This document shows, piece after piece, positions 1 through 8,154 of a DNA stretch of 16,621 bases. Positions within the stretch are counted from its first letter, which is position 1, and every line of letters begins with the position of its first letter. Source of the stretch: Sulfurimonadaceae bacterium (GTDB taxonomy: Bacteria > Campylobacterota > Campylobacteria > Campylobacterales > Sulfurimonadaceae). Under the pieces are notes generated by a model that saw nothing but the letters and a program-made list of their open reading frames with translations, was not told where the DNA came from and made no database searches. The stretch spans positions 1-16,621 of the forward strand of contig JBFESZ010000042.1 of the NCBI GenBank assembly GCA_041548245.1. Reading direction: 5' to 3'. The position numbers and the translations under genes were made by a program.

Positions 1-385
1 CAACACTGTTACTCTGAATTTCAGTCAGTTTGTATCCCCTTACTGTGGCATTTTCTTTATACCATTTTCCATTTATCAGAGCAGACGAATTAAGTACTAT
101 TTGCAACGTCAAGGGCTCTTTGCTCATATCTTTCTTGAGAGCGACTTTTTTAGAATCACTTGAGACTTTTTTTGATGTAGAAGCTGAAGCGCCTCCCTTG
201 CCTTTGCCTTTACTTTCTGGTTTAACAATTATGAAAGGATTTTTCAGTGACGCTATGAATCCGCTGCTTACACCCTTTCTTTGTGGCTTGATTTCTTCAA
301 TCTTTTGATCAACCCAAGCCATATTGGCTTCAGCACAATAGAGAGAAGAGCTTAAAAAGATAATGCTTATAAGTTGTGTTTTCAT
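1..385 (-). CDS. Partial (3' end off-window) secreted MshK/CtsR/PilP-like type IV pilus or transformation system protein
   Basis: Not in the ORF track; translated by hand from ATG at 385-383, which overlaps the pilO stop (TGATG). The frame is open to position 1: MKTQLISIIFLSSSLYCAEANMAWVDQKIEEIKPQRKG...LKNPFIIV...(K/S/G-rich linker)...PLTLQIVLNSSALINGKWYKENATVRGYKLTEIQSNSV. It has a signal peptide, an NPF motif and a C-terminal 'ALINGKWY...V.GY.L..I...SV' beta domain typical of MshK/CtsR-like proteins. Confidence 0.75.
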   Translation of the reverse strand, partial: MKTQLISIIFLSSSLYCAEANMAWVDQKIEEIKPQRKGVSSGFIASLKNPFIIVKPESKGKGKGGASASTSKKVSSDSKKVALKKDMSKEPLTLQIVLNSSALINGKWYKENATVRGYKLTEIQSNSV

Positions 386-1011
386 CAGTATGTTATCCCC
401 CAAACAGAGATTTTCAATTCACTGTCAACAGTTTGAGTCGCGAATAGGTCGAGATTATGAATGTCGACGACCAAGAAGCTCTGCTCAAGCGAATTAATAA
501 AGTTCATTGTTCTATGAAAGTTTCCTGTTACCTTGACACCAATATCAAGAACATGGCCAAAAGTTTTTTTGTCATCTGAGAACTGATTAGACAAATAGGT
601 GAGCTGTACACCATGTTTTTTCGCATTCTCAGAAATTGAATCAATAAACTGACCCCAGGCCTGTTCATCATAATACAAGCTAGATATCTGCTCTATTTTA
701 TATTTGATGTATTCAGACTGATCTTTCAGAGTGACAAAATCTTGTTTTAATTTTATCGTTTGAGCCTTCAAAGATGCAATTTTACTTTCAGGATTCCATT
801 TAAGATAGTTGCTATGATCAGTGATCTTCTTTTGGATCTCAACTACCTCTTTTTGTGTCTTCTTAAATCCAAGTTCGGCACTATCCCAAAGGAACAGGTA
901 CGAAGCAGCGATAAAAGCAGCTGCCACCATGACATAGGTCATATATATTTCTTGCTGTTTTTTTTCTGCGAATGACTTGTCTATATCGCCTAAAATATCT
1001 TCTAAACTCAT
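385..1011 (-). CDS. pilO: PilO/GspM/MshJ-like type IV pilus alignment-complex protein
   Basis: 208 aa with a single N-terminal TM (IYMTYVMVAAAFIAASYLFLW) and a coiled coil. The C-terminal ferredoxin-like domain has 'FIDSISENAKKHGVQL' and 'VTGNFHRTMNFINSLEQSFLVVDIHNL', matching the PilO 'G.Y..+..F+..+E' pattern. Confidence 0.8.
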   Translation of the reverse strand: MSLEDILGDIDKSFAEKKQQEIYMTYVMVAAAFIAASYLFLWDSAELGFKKTQKEVVEIQKKITDHSNYLKWNPESKIASLKAQTIKLKQDFVTLKDQSEYIKYKIEQISSLYYDEQAWGQFIDSISENAKKHGVQLTYLSNQFSDDKKTFGHVLDIGVKVTGNFHRTMNFINSLEQSFLVVDIHNLDLFATQTVDSELKISVWGITY

Positions 1012-2543
1012 TTTAGCACCACCTTCAATACACTAGAGTATATTTTCTTTTCTTTGTCAAACTCGATTTTTTCGATGGTGAATCTGTACTTTTCAGCTTG
1101 TGTTTTCGTATACCATTCAATCAAATCAGTTATCCTTTTATCTTTACTTGACAAAAGATGCAATTCAAATTTCTTCTCTTTTGTTTTAGTATCTTCTGAA
1201 TAGTGCAGGTCCTTAAGTTTGACACTGTATTTGTTTAGGTCCTTTGTGAGATCAGAGATTCGTTTTGCCTTCATTGGATAGTTAACCTTGACATCATGTA
1301 TTTGTGTCAAGACATTCTTTTTCTCTTCCAAGGCTTTTATTTCATTGTCAACAAGTTTTTTGACCTTATTGACTTCAGCCGTATGGTGATTGATTTTGCT
1401 CTCTCTGTCTTTTCTTTTAATACTGAGTTCATTGAGCTCAGAAGTCAGTGCAGCTTTTTTAACAGACTCAATACCATCCAAGGTCCAATATACACCAGGA
1501 TAAATTAGCGCAACAACGGCAGCAGCAGCAGCTGTTAAGATTAATTGACCACTTGGGCGTTTTGCAAATGCAGGAGGGCGTGGAAAACGAGTGAAGTTAC
1601 AGTCATATCTGTCTTCTGCTTCTAACTGTGCCGTAAGGTGCATCAGTAAATGAAGTTGATCGATATACCACTCTTCAGTTTCAAAGCCATAGTTGAAATC
1701 AAAGTCACTTGAATCTAATCCGAGGTATGTTTGAGAATATTCATCCATACCAACAATGGCACCAACCTCAGAGCCGATATAGACTTTGTTGATCCTTTCC
1801 AGTTCAAAAGCACGTTTTGAATAGGTCATGACATCGTTAATATGTAAGAAAACCTCTCCGAAGAGTTTGATTAGAAACTGCTGGTTCTCGCTTTCACTGC
1901 CACGTAGTCCTTCTTCGGATAATAACTTTATGAATTCAGAAAGCTCTATCTGTTCGCCTAAAAGTTCGCAGTATCTTTCATGCATCTGTGTGAATGAATA
2001 TTTTAAAGACTTGGTGTAGAGGAATTCTCTGTCATCATAGAGTGTTAAGAAAGCATCATCCGATTGAAAATAGATAAAACAGTGTGTGCCACTATCTTCA
2101 ATAATCTCTTTTTTATAGAGACTTCTTAGTAAAAGAGGGGCCGGTATAATCTGATCAATATACTTGATCTGTTCTGTCACACCTGTAAATGCTTCTTCTA
2201 TGCTTAAGGGATCGACTACAAATACGTGATAGTTTTTGTTTCCCTCTTTGATTTCATCAGCAGATTCAACAAAGTTGATCTGATATTCAATAGCCATATC
2301 AAGACCAAGTTCTTCATAAATCTGACTTTCAATTGCATCAGCTATGTCATCTTCAGGAATATTTTGACTTACGGCTATTTGCGTCGTAATAAAATCCTGT
2401 GTCTTGAGATATGAGATAGCATACTGGTCTTTTAAATATTGAGGTTTCTCAGCAACTTTAATCTGAGTGGTCGTACCTGTATAATAAGTGTTATTATAAG
2501 GATTGGCAGATATTGTACTGGAGAAGGCTTGCTTCTGTTTCAT
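1008..2543 (-). CDS. PilM-PilN fusion (GspL/MshI-like) inner-membrane assembly protein
   Basis: 511 aa. An acidic cytoplasmic N-terminal region of about 325 aa has PilM/actin-like features ('IPEDDIADAIESQIYEELGLD..EYQINF', 'CFIYFQSDDAFLTLY..EFLYTKSL', 'INKVYIG'). This is followed by 'NFTRFPRP', one TM (LILTAAAAAVVALIYPGVYW), a coiled coil and a PilN-like periplasmic domain. The gene lies directly upstream of pilO with a 4-nt overlap. Confidence 0.65.
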   Translation of the reverse strand: MKQKQAFSSTISANPYNNTYYTGTTTQIKVAEKPQYLKDQYAISYLKTQDFITTQIAVSQNIPEDDIADAIESQIYEELGLDMAIEYQINFVESADEIKEGNKNYHVFVVDPLSIEEAFTGVTEQIKYIDQIIPAPLLLRSLYKKEIIEDSGTHCFIYFQSDDAFLTLYDDREFLYTKSLKYSFTQMHERYCELLGEQIELSEFIKLLSEEGLRGSESENQQFLIKLFGEVFLHINDVMTYSKRAFELERINKVYIGSEVGAIVGMDEYSQTYLGLDSSDFDFNYGFETEEWYIDQLHLLMHLTAQLEAEDRYDCNFTRFPRPPAFAKRPSGQLILTAAAAAVVALIYPGVYWTLDGIESVKKAALTSELNELSIKRKDRESKINHHTAEVNKVKKLVDNEIKALEEKKNVLTQIHDVKVNYPMKAKRISDLTKDLNKYSVKLKDLHYSEDTKTKEKKFELHLLSSKDKRITDLIEWYTKTQAEKYRFTIEKIEFDKEKKIYSSVLKVVLK

Positions 2544-3841
2544 TCGTTTATCCTAGCTACATAATTTAAAATCACCATGCCACAAAAAGCATCTTGTTTA
2601 TAAAACTCAGCTCTGAAGCGCGTCTGTTCACGATCAAGTGAAAAACGTTTTATTAATGATGACTCTGCAATTTTCATGCCCAATTCATTTCTGTACCGTG
2701 GGTCAGTAAAACCAATGACGTTCAACCGATAACCCTCTGGTGCATTAAAAACTATATCGGACACAATGTTGACTTCTGAAGGTAAATCGATGGATTTTAC
2801 TTTTCCATCGATAATAGCTTCAAAGGGACCTTCACACTTTTCAATTGGAAAGTGTGTCTTGCTCAAACGTGAAATCCGATTGTGCCCAACATACAAATCA
2901 ATAAACCCATTATCTTCTTTCGCCTCTCCTAGGGGATGGCTAAAGGATAACTCGTTCTTATTTGATTGTAGCGGAATAAAACTTAAATTTTTTCTTAAGT
3001 CATCCAAATTTAATGATATATTGTCATTTATTACTATATTTCCGTTATTTTTTGTAATTTTTTGTATGTTTTCCGAGTTGAGTTCAAAGTCACGTTGGTA
3101 GTCTATTCCCATTATCTGCATAAATGCTTCAATAGCACGTAGTTGATAATAGATCTTTTGATCCGTTGTTTTTAATTCTTTACTTGTTTCGATTGCGAAA
3201 GCAGCTTTGTTGTTGTTAATTGCATAATAGGTAAGAGAGTGCTGCATCTCATTCTTTTTCTTTTTTGTTTGCGTGTTACGGACATTGAAACTATGGTGGT
3301 TCTGCAACAGGTGCTGATTCAGTTTTTTACTCACTTTTTCTGCAATACAACCAAGGTCTTTATAACTGTTGTTGTTGTCAAGTGTAAGCTGGTCTATGAC
3401 ACATGTCTGACCCCATGCACCTGGATTAAAAATAGTGTTCTGATACTCTTGACGAAAAAAACCATGTCCGTCATGCAGGTTTAAAATGATGTCAACCTGT
3501 GGGTCTGTGATCAGTGTTTTGACTTCATTGATAATGCCGAGATCAGGGTCATCTTGCGATATCTTGGAGAATTTTCGATTTAAGTCACCGTTGATACTTC
3601 GTTTATATTGTAGGATACTCTCTTTATTGGTATTGGGAGTAACCCATAGATTCCCCGTCTGTATAGAATAATGTTTGGCAAGTATTGATGCGGCATAGTA
3701 TCCCCCCGGTTCATTTCCGTGAATACCGGCGAAGATTAAAAGCGTTGGCCCTTCTTGCTTTCCTTCAAGCTTATAGAGATCAAACTTTTTGTAGGCATGT
3801 AAAAAGGTCAAGAATATAACAAGGAGTAAAAAGGGTTTCAT
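2540..3841 (-). CDS. M99-family peptidoglycan D,L-carboxypeptidase (Csd4/Pgp1-like)
   Basis: 433 aa with a signal peptide. Zinc-carboxypeptidase motifs GIHGNEPGG, 'GDLNRKF', 'LNLHDG.GF', 'PGAWGQTCVIDQ' and 'AFAIETSK' are present. The C-terminal 'YRLNVIGF...FRAEFYK...FCGM' domains resemble Csd4/Pgp1. Confidence 0.9.
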   Translation of the reverse strand: MKPFLLLVIFLTFLHAYKKFDLYKLEGKQEGPTLLIFAGIHGNEPGGYYAASILAKHYSIQTGNLWVTPNTNKESILQYKRSINGDLNRKFSKISQDDPDLGIINEVKTLITDPQVDIILNLHDGHGFFRQEYQNTIFNPGAWGQTCVIDQLTLDNNNSYKDLGCIAEKVSKKLNQHLLQNHHSFNVRNTQTKKKKNEMQHSLTYYAINNNKAAFAIETSKELKTTDQKIYYQLRAIEAFMQIMGIDYQRDFELNSENIQKITKNNGNIVINDNISLNLDDLRKNLSFIPLQSNKNELSFSHPLGEAKEDNGFIDLYVGHNRISRLSKTHFPIEKCEGPFEAIIDGKVKSIDLPSEVNIVSDIVFNAPEGYRLNVIGFTDPRYRNELGMKIAESSLIKRFSLDREQTRFRAEFYKQDAFCGMVILNYVARINE

Positions 3842-4807
3842 CTATTTCTCGGCTAAAATAGTAAATCTAGAAGCATCCAGTTGAATATACAGCTCTTTTT
3901 CGCCACTAAAATGATAGCTTGCTGATTCATACTCTTCATGGAAACTTATCAAATAGATATTTTTTCTTCCTTGTATAGGATAGGGCAAGATGTTGATATC
4001 ACTAAAATGAATCTGCTTGTATTCATTCTTAGCAAAGACTCTTTTCTTATAGTTTGAAAACTTCTCTTTATCAAGACCGTCTAGACGCTTGAAATCTTTG
4101 TCGTAAAAGTTTAGATAAGCCTCAACATCACTCTCTTTCCATGCTTTTCGCCAGGAATAAAGTTGACTTAATAGAACAGAAAGGGTCTCTTTTTTTACTG
4201 ATGGAAAAGGCTCTGTGTCTATATAGACAAATGATTTTTTAAAGTCAATCTGTTTTTCTATAAATTTTAGATCTTTGTTACCAATAGCTATGCACCCTTT
4301 AGTGTAATCATCTCGTTTTTGATTAAGAGGCAAACCATGGACCCAGATTCCTGAACCATTTTTTCCTCTTATCTTATCAAAAGAGTTAGGATAAGAAGTA
4401 ACGAAGGCAAGCGGGCCGTAAAAAGGGTCTACGTGATCAAGTTTTTGAATGAGCTTATAGATGCCAATAGGTGTTTTAAGATCACCTTCTTTCTGTTTGT
4501 CTCCATCTACTTTTCCTATAAAGGCGGAAAAGTCATTGCTAAGAACAAATGAGTTATTACTGTCTTTGGTGTATAACTTCAAAGAAGTTTTATCTTTATT
4601 GCATGCCAATAGATGATTGATTCCCTCTAAATAGCCAAAACGTGTATCGATGTTTTCAAGTTTACTTTCCCAATAACGTTTAGATGCAAGTTCATTATCA
4701 AAAACTTTTTCAACAGCCTGTGTCCCTTCCTTCCGGTAGAGGTTTAGAAGTTCATCATTGGCATAAACAAAAGTTAGTAGCAGTATATGGATAAGAAAAT
4801 AACGCAT
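3842..4807 (-). CDS. YkuD-fold peptidoglycan L,D-carboxypeptidase (Csd6/Pgp2-like) with C-terminal NTF2-like domain
   Basis: 321 aa with a signal peptide. It has 'GDKQKEGDLKTPIGIY', 'YGPLAFVTSYPN' and the catalytic 'GSGIWVHG...TKGCIA' His/Cys motif. The C-terminal 'W.KAW..SD..AYLNFY' segment is NTF2-like. It follows era, as H. pylori csd6 does. Confidence 0.9.
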   Translation of the reverse strand: MRYFLIHILLLTFVYANDELLNLYRKEGTQAVEKVFDNELASKRYWESKLENIDTRFGYLEGINHLLACNKDKTSLKLYTKDSNNSFVLSNDFSAFIGKVDGDKQKEGDLKTPIGIYKLIQKLDHVDPFYGPLAFVTSYPNSFDKIRGKNGSGIWVHGLPLNQKRDDYTKGCIAIGNKDLKFIEKQIDFKKSFVYIDTEPFPSVKKETLSVLLSQLYSWRKAWKESDVEAYLNFYDKDFKRLDGLDKEKFSNYKKRVFAKNEYKQIHFSDINILPYPIQGRKNIYLISFHEEYESASYHFSGEKELYIQLDASRFTILAEK

Positions 4808-4814
4808 AAATCTC

Positions 4815-5747
4815 CTAAAACTTGTAACCTATATCTTCAAGAAACTTCTTGTCATTGGTCCAGCCTTTCTTAACGGATACAAATAGGTCTAAAAAGACCT
4901 TTTTACCGATTAGGTTTTCAATTTGCACACGAGCATCTTTCCCGATACGCTTGATTGCAGCACCGCCTTTTCCTATGATTATCCCTTTTTGGGTCTGTTT
5001 TTCTACGATGATAGTGGCACGAACTTTTTCAAGATTAGGCAGTTCTTCTACCTTATCAATCAGGACATCAGACTCATAAGGGATCTCGTCACTGATATTA
5101 TTGAAGATAGCTTCTCGGATAAACTCTCTATAAATATCACGAAGCATCTCAGTAGTCAGATCATCAGGATCGTATAGATAGGGAGACTCGGGAAGGTGCT
5201 TTGATATCTCGTCAAGTATTTGTTCAAATCCAATACCACCTTTGGTCACAGAGACAGGAATAACGCCTAAAAAATTATCTTGAAACCTCTGATACTCTTG
5301 GATTTTTTGTAGAATTTTTTCATTACTGACATGATCAATCTTACTTAAAAGTACTATATGTGGGCGTTTTGTCAGTTTTAGGAACTTTTCATAATCTTCG
5401 GTAGAGTCGGTGACGGGCGCAAGGAATAGCGTTAAATCACAATCTCCTATCGCTTTAAGTGCTTCTTCCATCATGAATTGATTAAGCATCTTCTCTTTTT
5501 CATGCAGACCAGGTGTATCCACAAAAATTATTTGGTTGTTTTTATGCATCACAATAGCATTGATACGTTTACGTGTAGCATTGGCCTTTTGGGAAACCAT
5601 TGAGATTTTTTCACCAAGCAGGGCATTCATCAGTGTACTTTTACCTGCGTTAGGACGCCCAACTATGGCGACAAAGCCACTTTTTGTGGCTTCTTTACTC
5701 AACTCATCTTTTACTTGCTCAGTGGAATCAGTTTTACTAGGGCTCAT
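4815..5747 (-). CDS. era: GTPase Era
   Basis: G1 GRPNAGKST, G3 DTPG, G4 SKID, and a C-terminal KH domain (QKGIIIGKGGAAIKRIG). SD AAGGA upstream. Confidence 0.98.
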   Translation of the reverse strand: MSPSKTDSTEQVKDELSKEATKSGFVAIVGRPNAGKSTLMNALLGEKISMVSQKANATRKRINAIVMHKNNQIIFVDTPGLHEKEKMLNQFMMEEALKAIGDCDLTLFLAPVTDSTEDYEKFLKLTKRPHIVLLSKIDHVSNEKILQKIQEYQRFQDNFLGVIPVSVTKGGIGFEQILDEISKHLPESPYLYDPDDLTTEMLRDIYREFIREAIFNNISDEIPYESDVLIDKVEELPNLEKVRATIIVEKQTQKGIIIGKGGAAIKRIGKDARVQIENLIGKKVFLDLFVSVKKGWTNDKKFLEDIGYKF

Positions 5748-5755
5748 GGCTATCC

Positions 5756-7084
5756 TTATAATATGTATCGGGCTATGTCTTCATCTTCGATGAGCATATC
5801 CAGTTTTTCATGCACAAGCTCTTTTGTGATGATAATCTTTTCACCGGCTTTTTCATCTGCATCAAAACTGATGTCCTCAATGACTTTTTCAATGACCGTA
5901 TGAAGACGTCTTGCTCCAATATCTTCTGTCTTTTCATTGGCGGTATGGGACAGTTTTGCTATAGCTTTGATCGCTTCATCATCAAAGCTAAGTTCAACGC
6001 CTTCAACTTTCAAAAGGGCCTCATGTTGACGAAGTAGAGAGTCTTTTGTTTGTGTCAAAATCTTGTAAAGTGCTTCTTCTGTCATAGGATTGAGTTCGAC
6101 TCTTAAAGGAAAGCGCCCTTGTAATTCAGGAATCAGATCGCTTGGCTTACTGACATGAAAAGCACCGGCGGCAATAAAGAGTATATGGTCAGTCTTTATT
6201 TGACCAAATTTAGTAGTGACATCACAACCCTCGACAATAGGTAGAAGGTCTCTTTGAACACCTTCCTTACTTGGATCACTCCGCCCGTCGTTCTTCGCAC
6301 CAATAGCGATTTTATCGATTTCATCCAAAAAGATGATTCCACCTGTTTCTGCACGCTTTAGGGCTTCTTTTTGAATGCTGTTCATGTCTAAGAGCTTATC
6401 ACCTGCTTCTGATTTGAGGATATGTTTTGCATCAAAGACACAGACCTCTTTTTTGAGTTCTTCTTTATTTAAACCAGAAAACATTTGAGAAAATGATTCT
6501 TGGATTTTTGCCATCTCCGGCGGCATGTTAGTGTCATTGAAGTCGATAGAGGTTCTTGGCATTTCAATTTCAATGATTTTTTCATCCATATCACCATTGA
6601 TAACACGCTCTCTCATTCTTGCACGGGAGCTCTTATACTCCTCTTTTTTTTCAGCACTGGCCATAAGAGGAAGTGGGGGTAGAAGCTTGTCAACAATCTT
6701 GTCAATCACATAGTTGCCAATTTGCTCAATGTTTTTTTCCTGATGCTCTTTCTTGACAATACCGATCGAAGTCATGACCAAGTCACGTATCATTGACTCG
6801 ACGTCCCGTCCGACAAAACCGACTTCAGTATATTTACTTGCTTCGACTTTGATAAAAGGAAGGTTCATCAACTTGGCGAGACGGCGTGCTATTTCTGTCT
6901 TGCCCACACCGGTAGAACCGATCATCAGTATGTTTTTCGGCATGACTTCGTCTTGAAGCTCTTCATCAAGCTGCATGCGTCGATATCGTGTACGAAGAGC
7001 AATCGCTATTGTTCTTTTAGCATCATCTTGGCCGATAACGTATTCATCTAAATAGGCAACGGTTTCTTTAGGCGTCATATTCAT
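5756..7084 (-). CDS. hslU: ATP-dependent protease ATPase subunit HslU
   Basis: Walker A GSTGVGKT, pore loop EVGFVG, Walker B IIFLDEIDK, 'ELQGRFPLRVEL', 'IGARRLHT' and C-terminal 'ARYIL'. Confidence 0.98.
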   Translation of the reverse strand: MNMTPKETVAYLDEYVIGQDDAKRTIAIALRTRYRRMQLDEELQDEVMPKNILMIGSTGVGKTEIARRLAKLMNLPFIKVEASKYTEVGFVGRDVESMIRDLVMTSIGIVKKEHQEKNIEQIGNYVIDKIVDKLLPPLPLMASAEKKEEYKSSRARMRERVINGDMDEKIIEIEMPRTSIDFNDTNMPPEMAKIQESFSQMFSGLNKEELKKEVCVFDAKHILKSEAGDKLLDMNSIQKEALKRAETGGIIFLDEIDKIAIGAKNDGRSDPSKEGVQRDLLPIVEGCDVTTKFGQIKTDHILFIAAGAFHVSKPSDLIPELQGRFPLRVELNPMTEEALYKILTQTKDSLLRQHEALLKVEGVELSFDDEAIKAIAKLSHTANEKTEDIGARRLHTVIEKVIEDISFDADEKAGEKIIITKELVHEKLDMLIEDEDIARYIL

Positions 7085-7620
7085 TAGTGTTCCAAGGATA
7101 GAAGTTTGATATTATTGTTGGTATAAATACACAGTTCTGAGGCAATCTGTAGAGACTCTTTTACCAAAGCCTCTTCATCCATCTGTGCATGACGTTTAAG
7201 GGCACGCGCCGCTGAAATAGCAAAATTACCGCCACTTCCAATCGATGCAATTTCACCATCTTCAGGTTCAACAACGTCTCCGTTACCGGTTAAAATATAG
7301 ATGTGCTCGCGGTTTAATACAATCATCATTGCTTCAAGACGGCGTAATACCTTATCTTTTCTCCATGCTTTGGAAAAATCGATAACAGCTTTGATAAGAT
7401 CGCCTTTACGTTCACCTAAAAAACCTTCAAACATATCAAAAAGATTAAAGGCATCTGCAGTGGAACCGGCAAACCCTGCAAGGATCTCTCCTTTGTATAG
7501 GGTTCGAATCTTGGTTGCATTGTTCTTTAAGACAGCATCACCAAAAGTGACTTGTCCATCTCCGCCGATCACGGCTTTGTTTTTACCCTTATAGGCGAGT
7601 ATGGTAGTTGCATCAAACAT
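7084..7620 (-). CDS. hslV: ATP-dependent protease peptidase subunit HslV
   Basis: N-terminal 'ATTIL', 'GDGQVT', '[10 protein letters not shown]' and 'IGSGG'. Its stop overlaps the hslU start (TAATG). Confidence 0.98.
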   Translation of the reverse strand: MFDATTILAYKGKNKAVIGGDGQVTFGDAVLKNNATKIRTLYKGEILAGFAGSTADAFNLFDMFEGFLGERKGDLIKAVIDFSKAWRKDKVLRRLEAMMIVLNREHIYILTGNGDVVEPEDGEIASIGSGGNFAISAARALKRHAQMDEEALVKESLQIASELCIYTNNNIKLLSLEH

Positions 7621-7633
7621 CTAGAGCCTTCTA

Positions 7634-8080
7634 TTATTCACTAACAATATCGATCTTCATCATCGCATGTAGTCCATGACCAAGTTTAAGATCGATCTCG
7701 TATTCACCAGGTTCTTTCATTGAGAGTTTGTGCACTATGTGTTTTTTGTCAATAAGAATATTGTGTTGTTCTTCAACAGCATGAGCAATTTCATCTTTAG
7801 TCACAGAACCGAATAGATGACCGGTTTCACCTACTTTTTTCTTGATAATTGTTGTCAATGTACTGAGTTGTTCTTTGATGGTTTTTAGATGAGCCAGTTC
7901 AGCTGCTTCATTTTCAGCTTTTTTCTTCTCTTCGGCTCTATGCTGGTTGATTACAGCGTTAGTTGCTGCTTTTGCAAAGCCTTTCCCAATCAAAAAGTTC
8001 TGACCATAACCGTCTTTTACTTCTTTAATTTCGCCCGCTTTGCCGAGGCCTTTGACATCTTTTGTTAATAATACTTTCAT
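7634..8080 (-). CDS. rplI: 50S ribosomal protein L9
   Basis: MKVLLTKDVKGLGKAGEIKEVKDGYGQNFLI and 'LFGSVT'. The second ATG (8080) is preferred over 8086 for SD spacing (AAAGAG) and the canonical N-terminus. Confidence 0.97.
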   Translation of the reverse strand: MKVLLTKDVKGLGKAGEIKEVKDGYGQNFLIGKGFAKAATNAVINQHRAEEKKKAENEAAELAHLKTIKEQLSTLTTIIKKKVGETGHLFGSVTKDEIAHAVEEQHNILIDKKHIVHKLSMKEPGEYEIDLKLGHGLHAMMKIDIVSE

Positions 8081-8114
8081 CTGCATTCTCTTTACTATAG
8101 TTAATAGGTAAACG

Positions 8115-8123
8115 ATTTTAGCA
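8115..8123 (-). promoter_or_regulatory. Extended -10 sigma70 promoter for the rplI operon
   Basis: Minus strand reads TGCTAAAAT (TGn-TAAAAT), about 35 nt upstream of the rplI ATG; typical Campylobacterota RpoD promoter. Confidence 0.7.
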
Positions 8124-8154
8124 GATTTGCTCTTAGATTACACCTAAAGGTTGC

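Noticed and set aside
1518-1533. GCA trinucleotide run (poly-Ala) in pilMN
   Set aside because: A few in-frame units within a TM helix; not a credible contingency repeat.
3251-6651. Poly-T/A tracts (e.g. 3255-3270, 6644-6651) as phase-variation sites
   Set aside because: They are short Lys/Glu-codon runs expected in AT-rich DNA. I saw no long poly-G/C tract, and all frames are intact.
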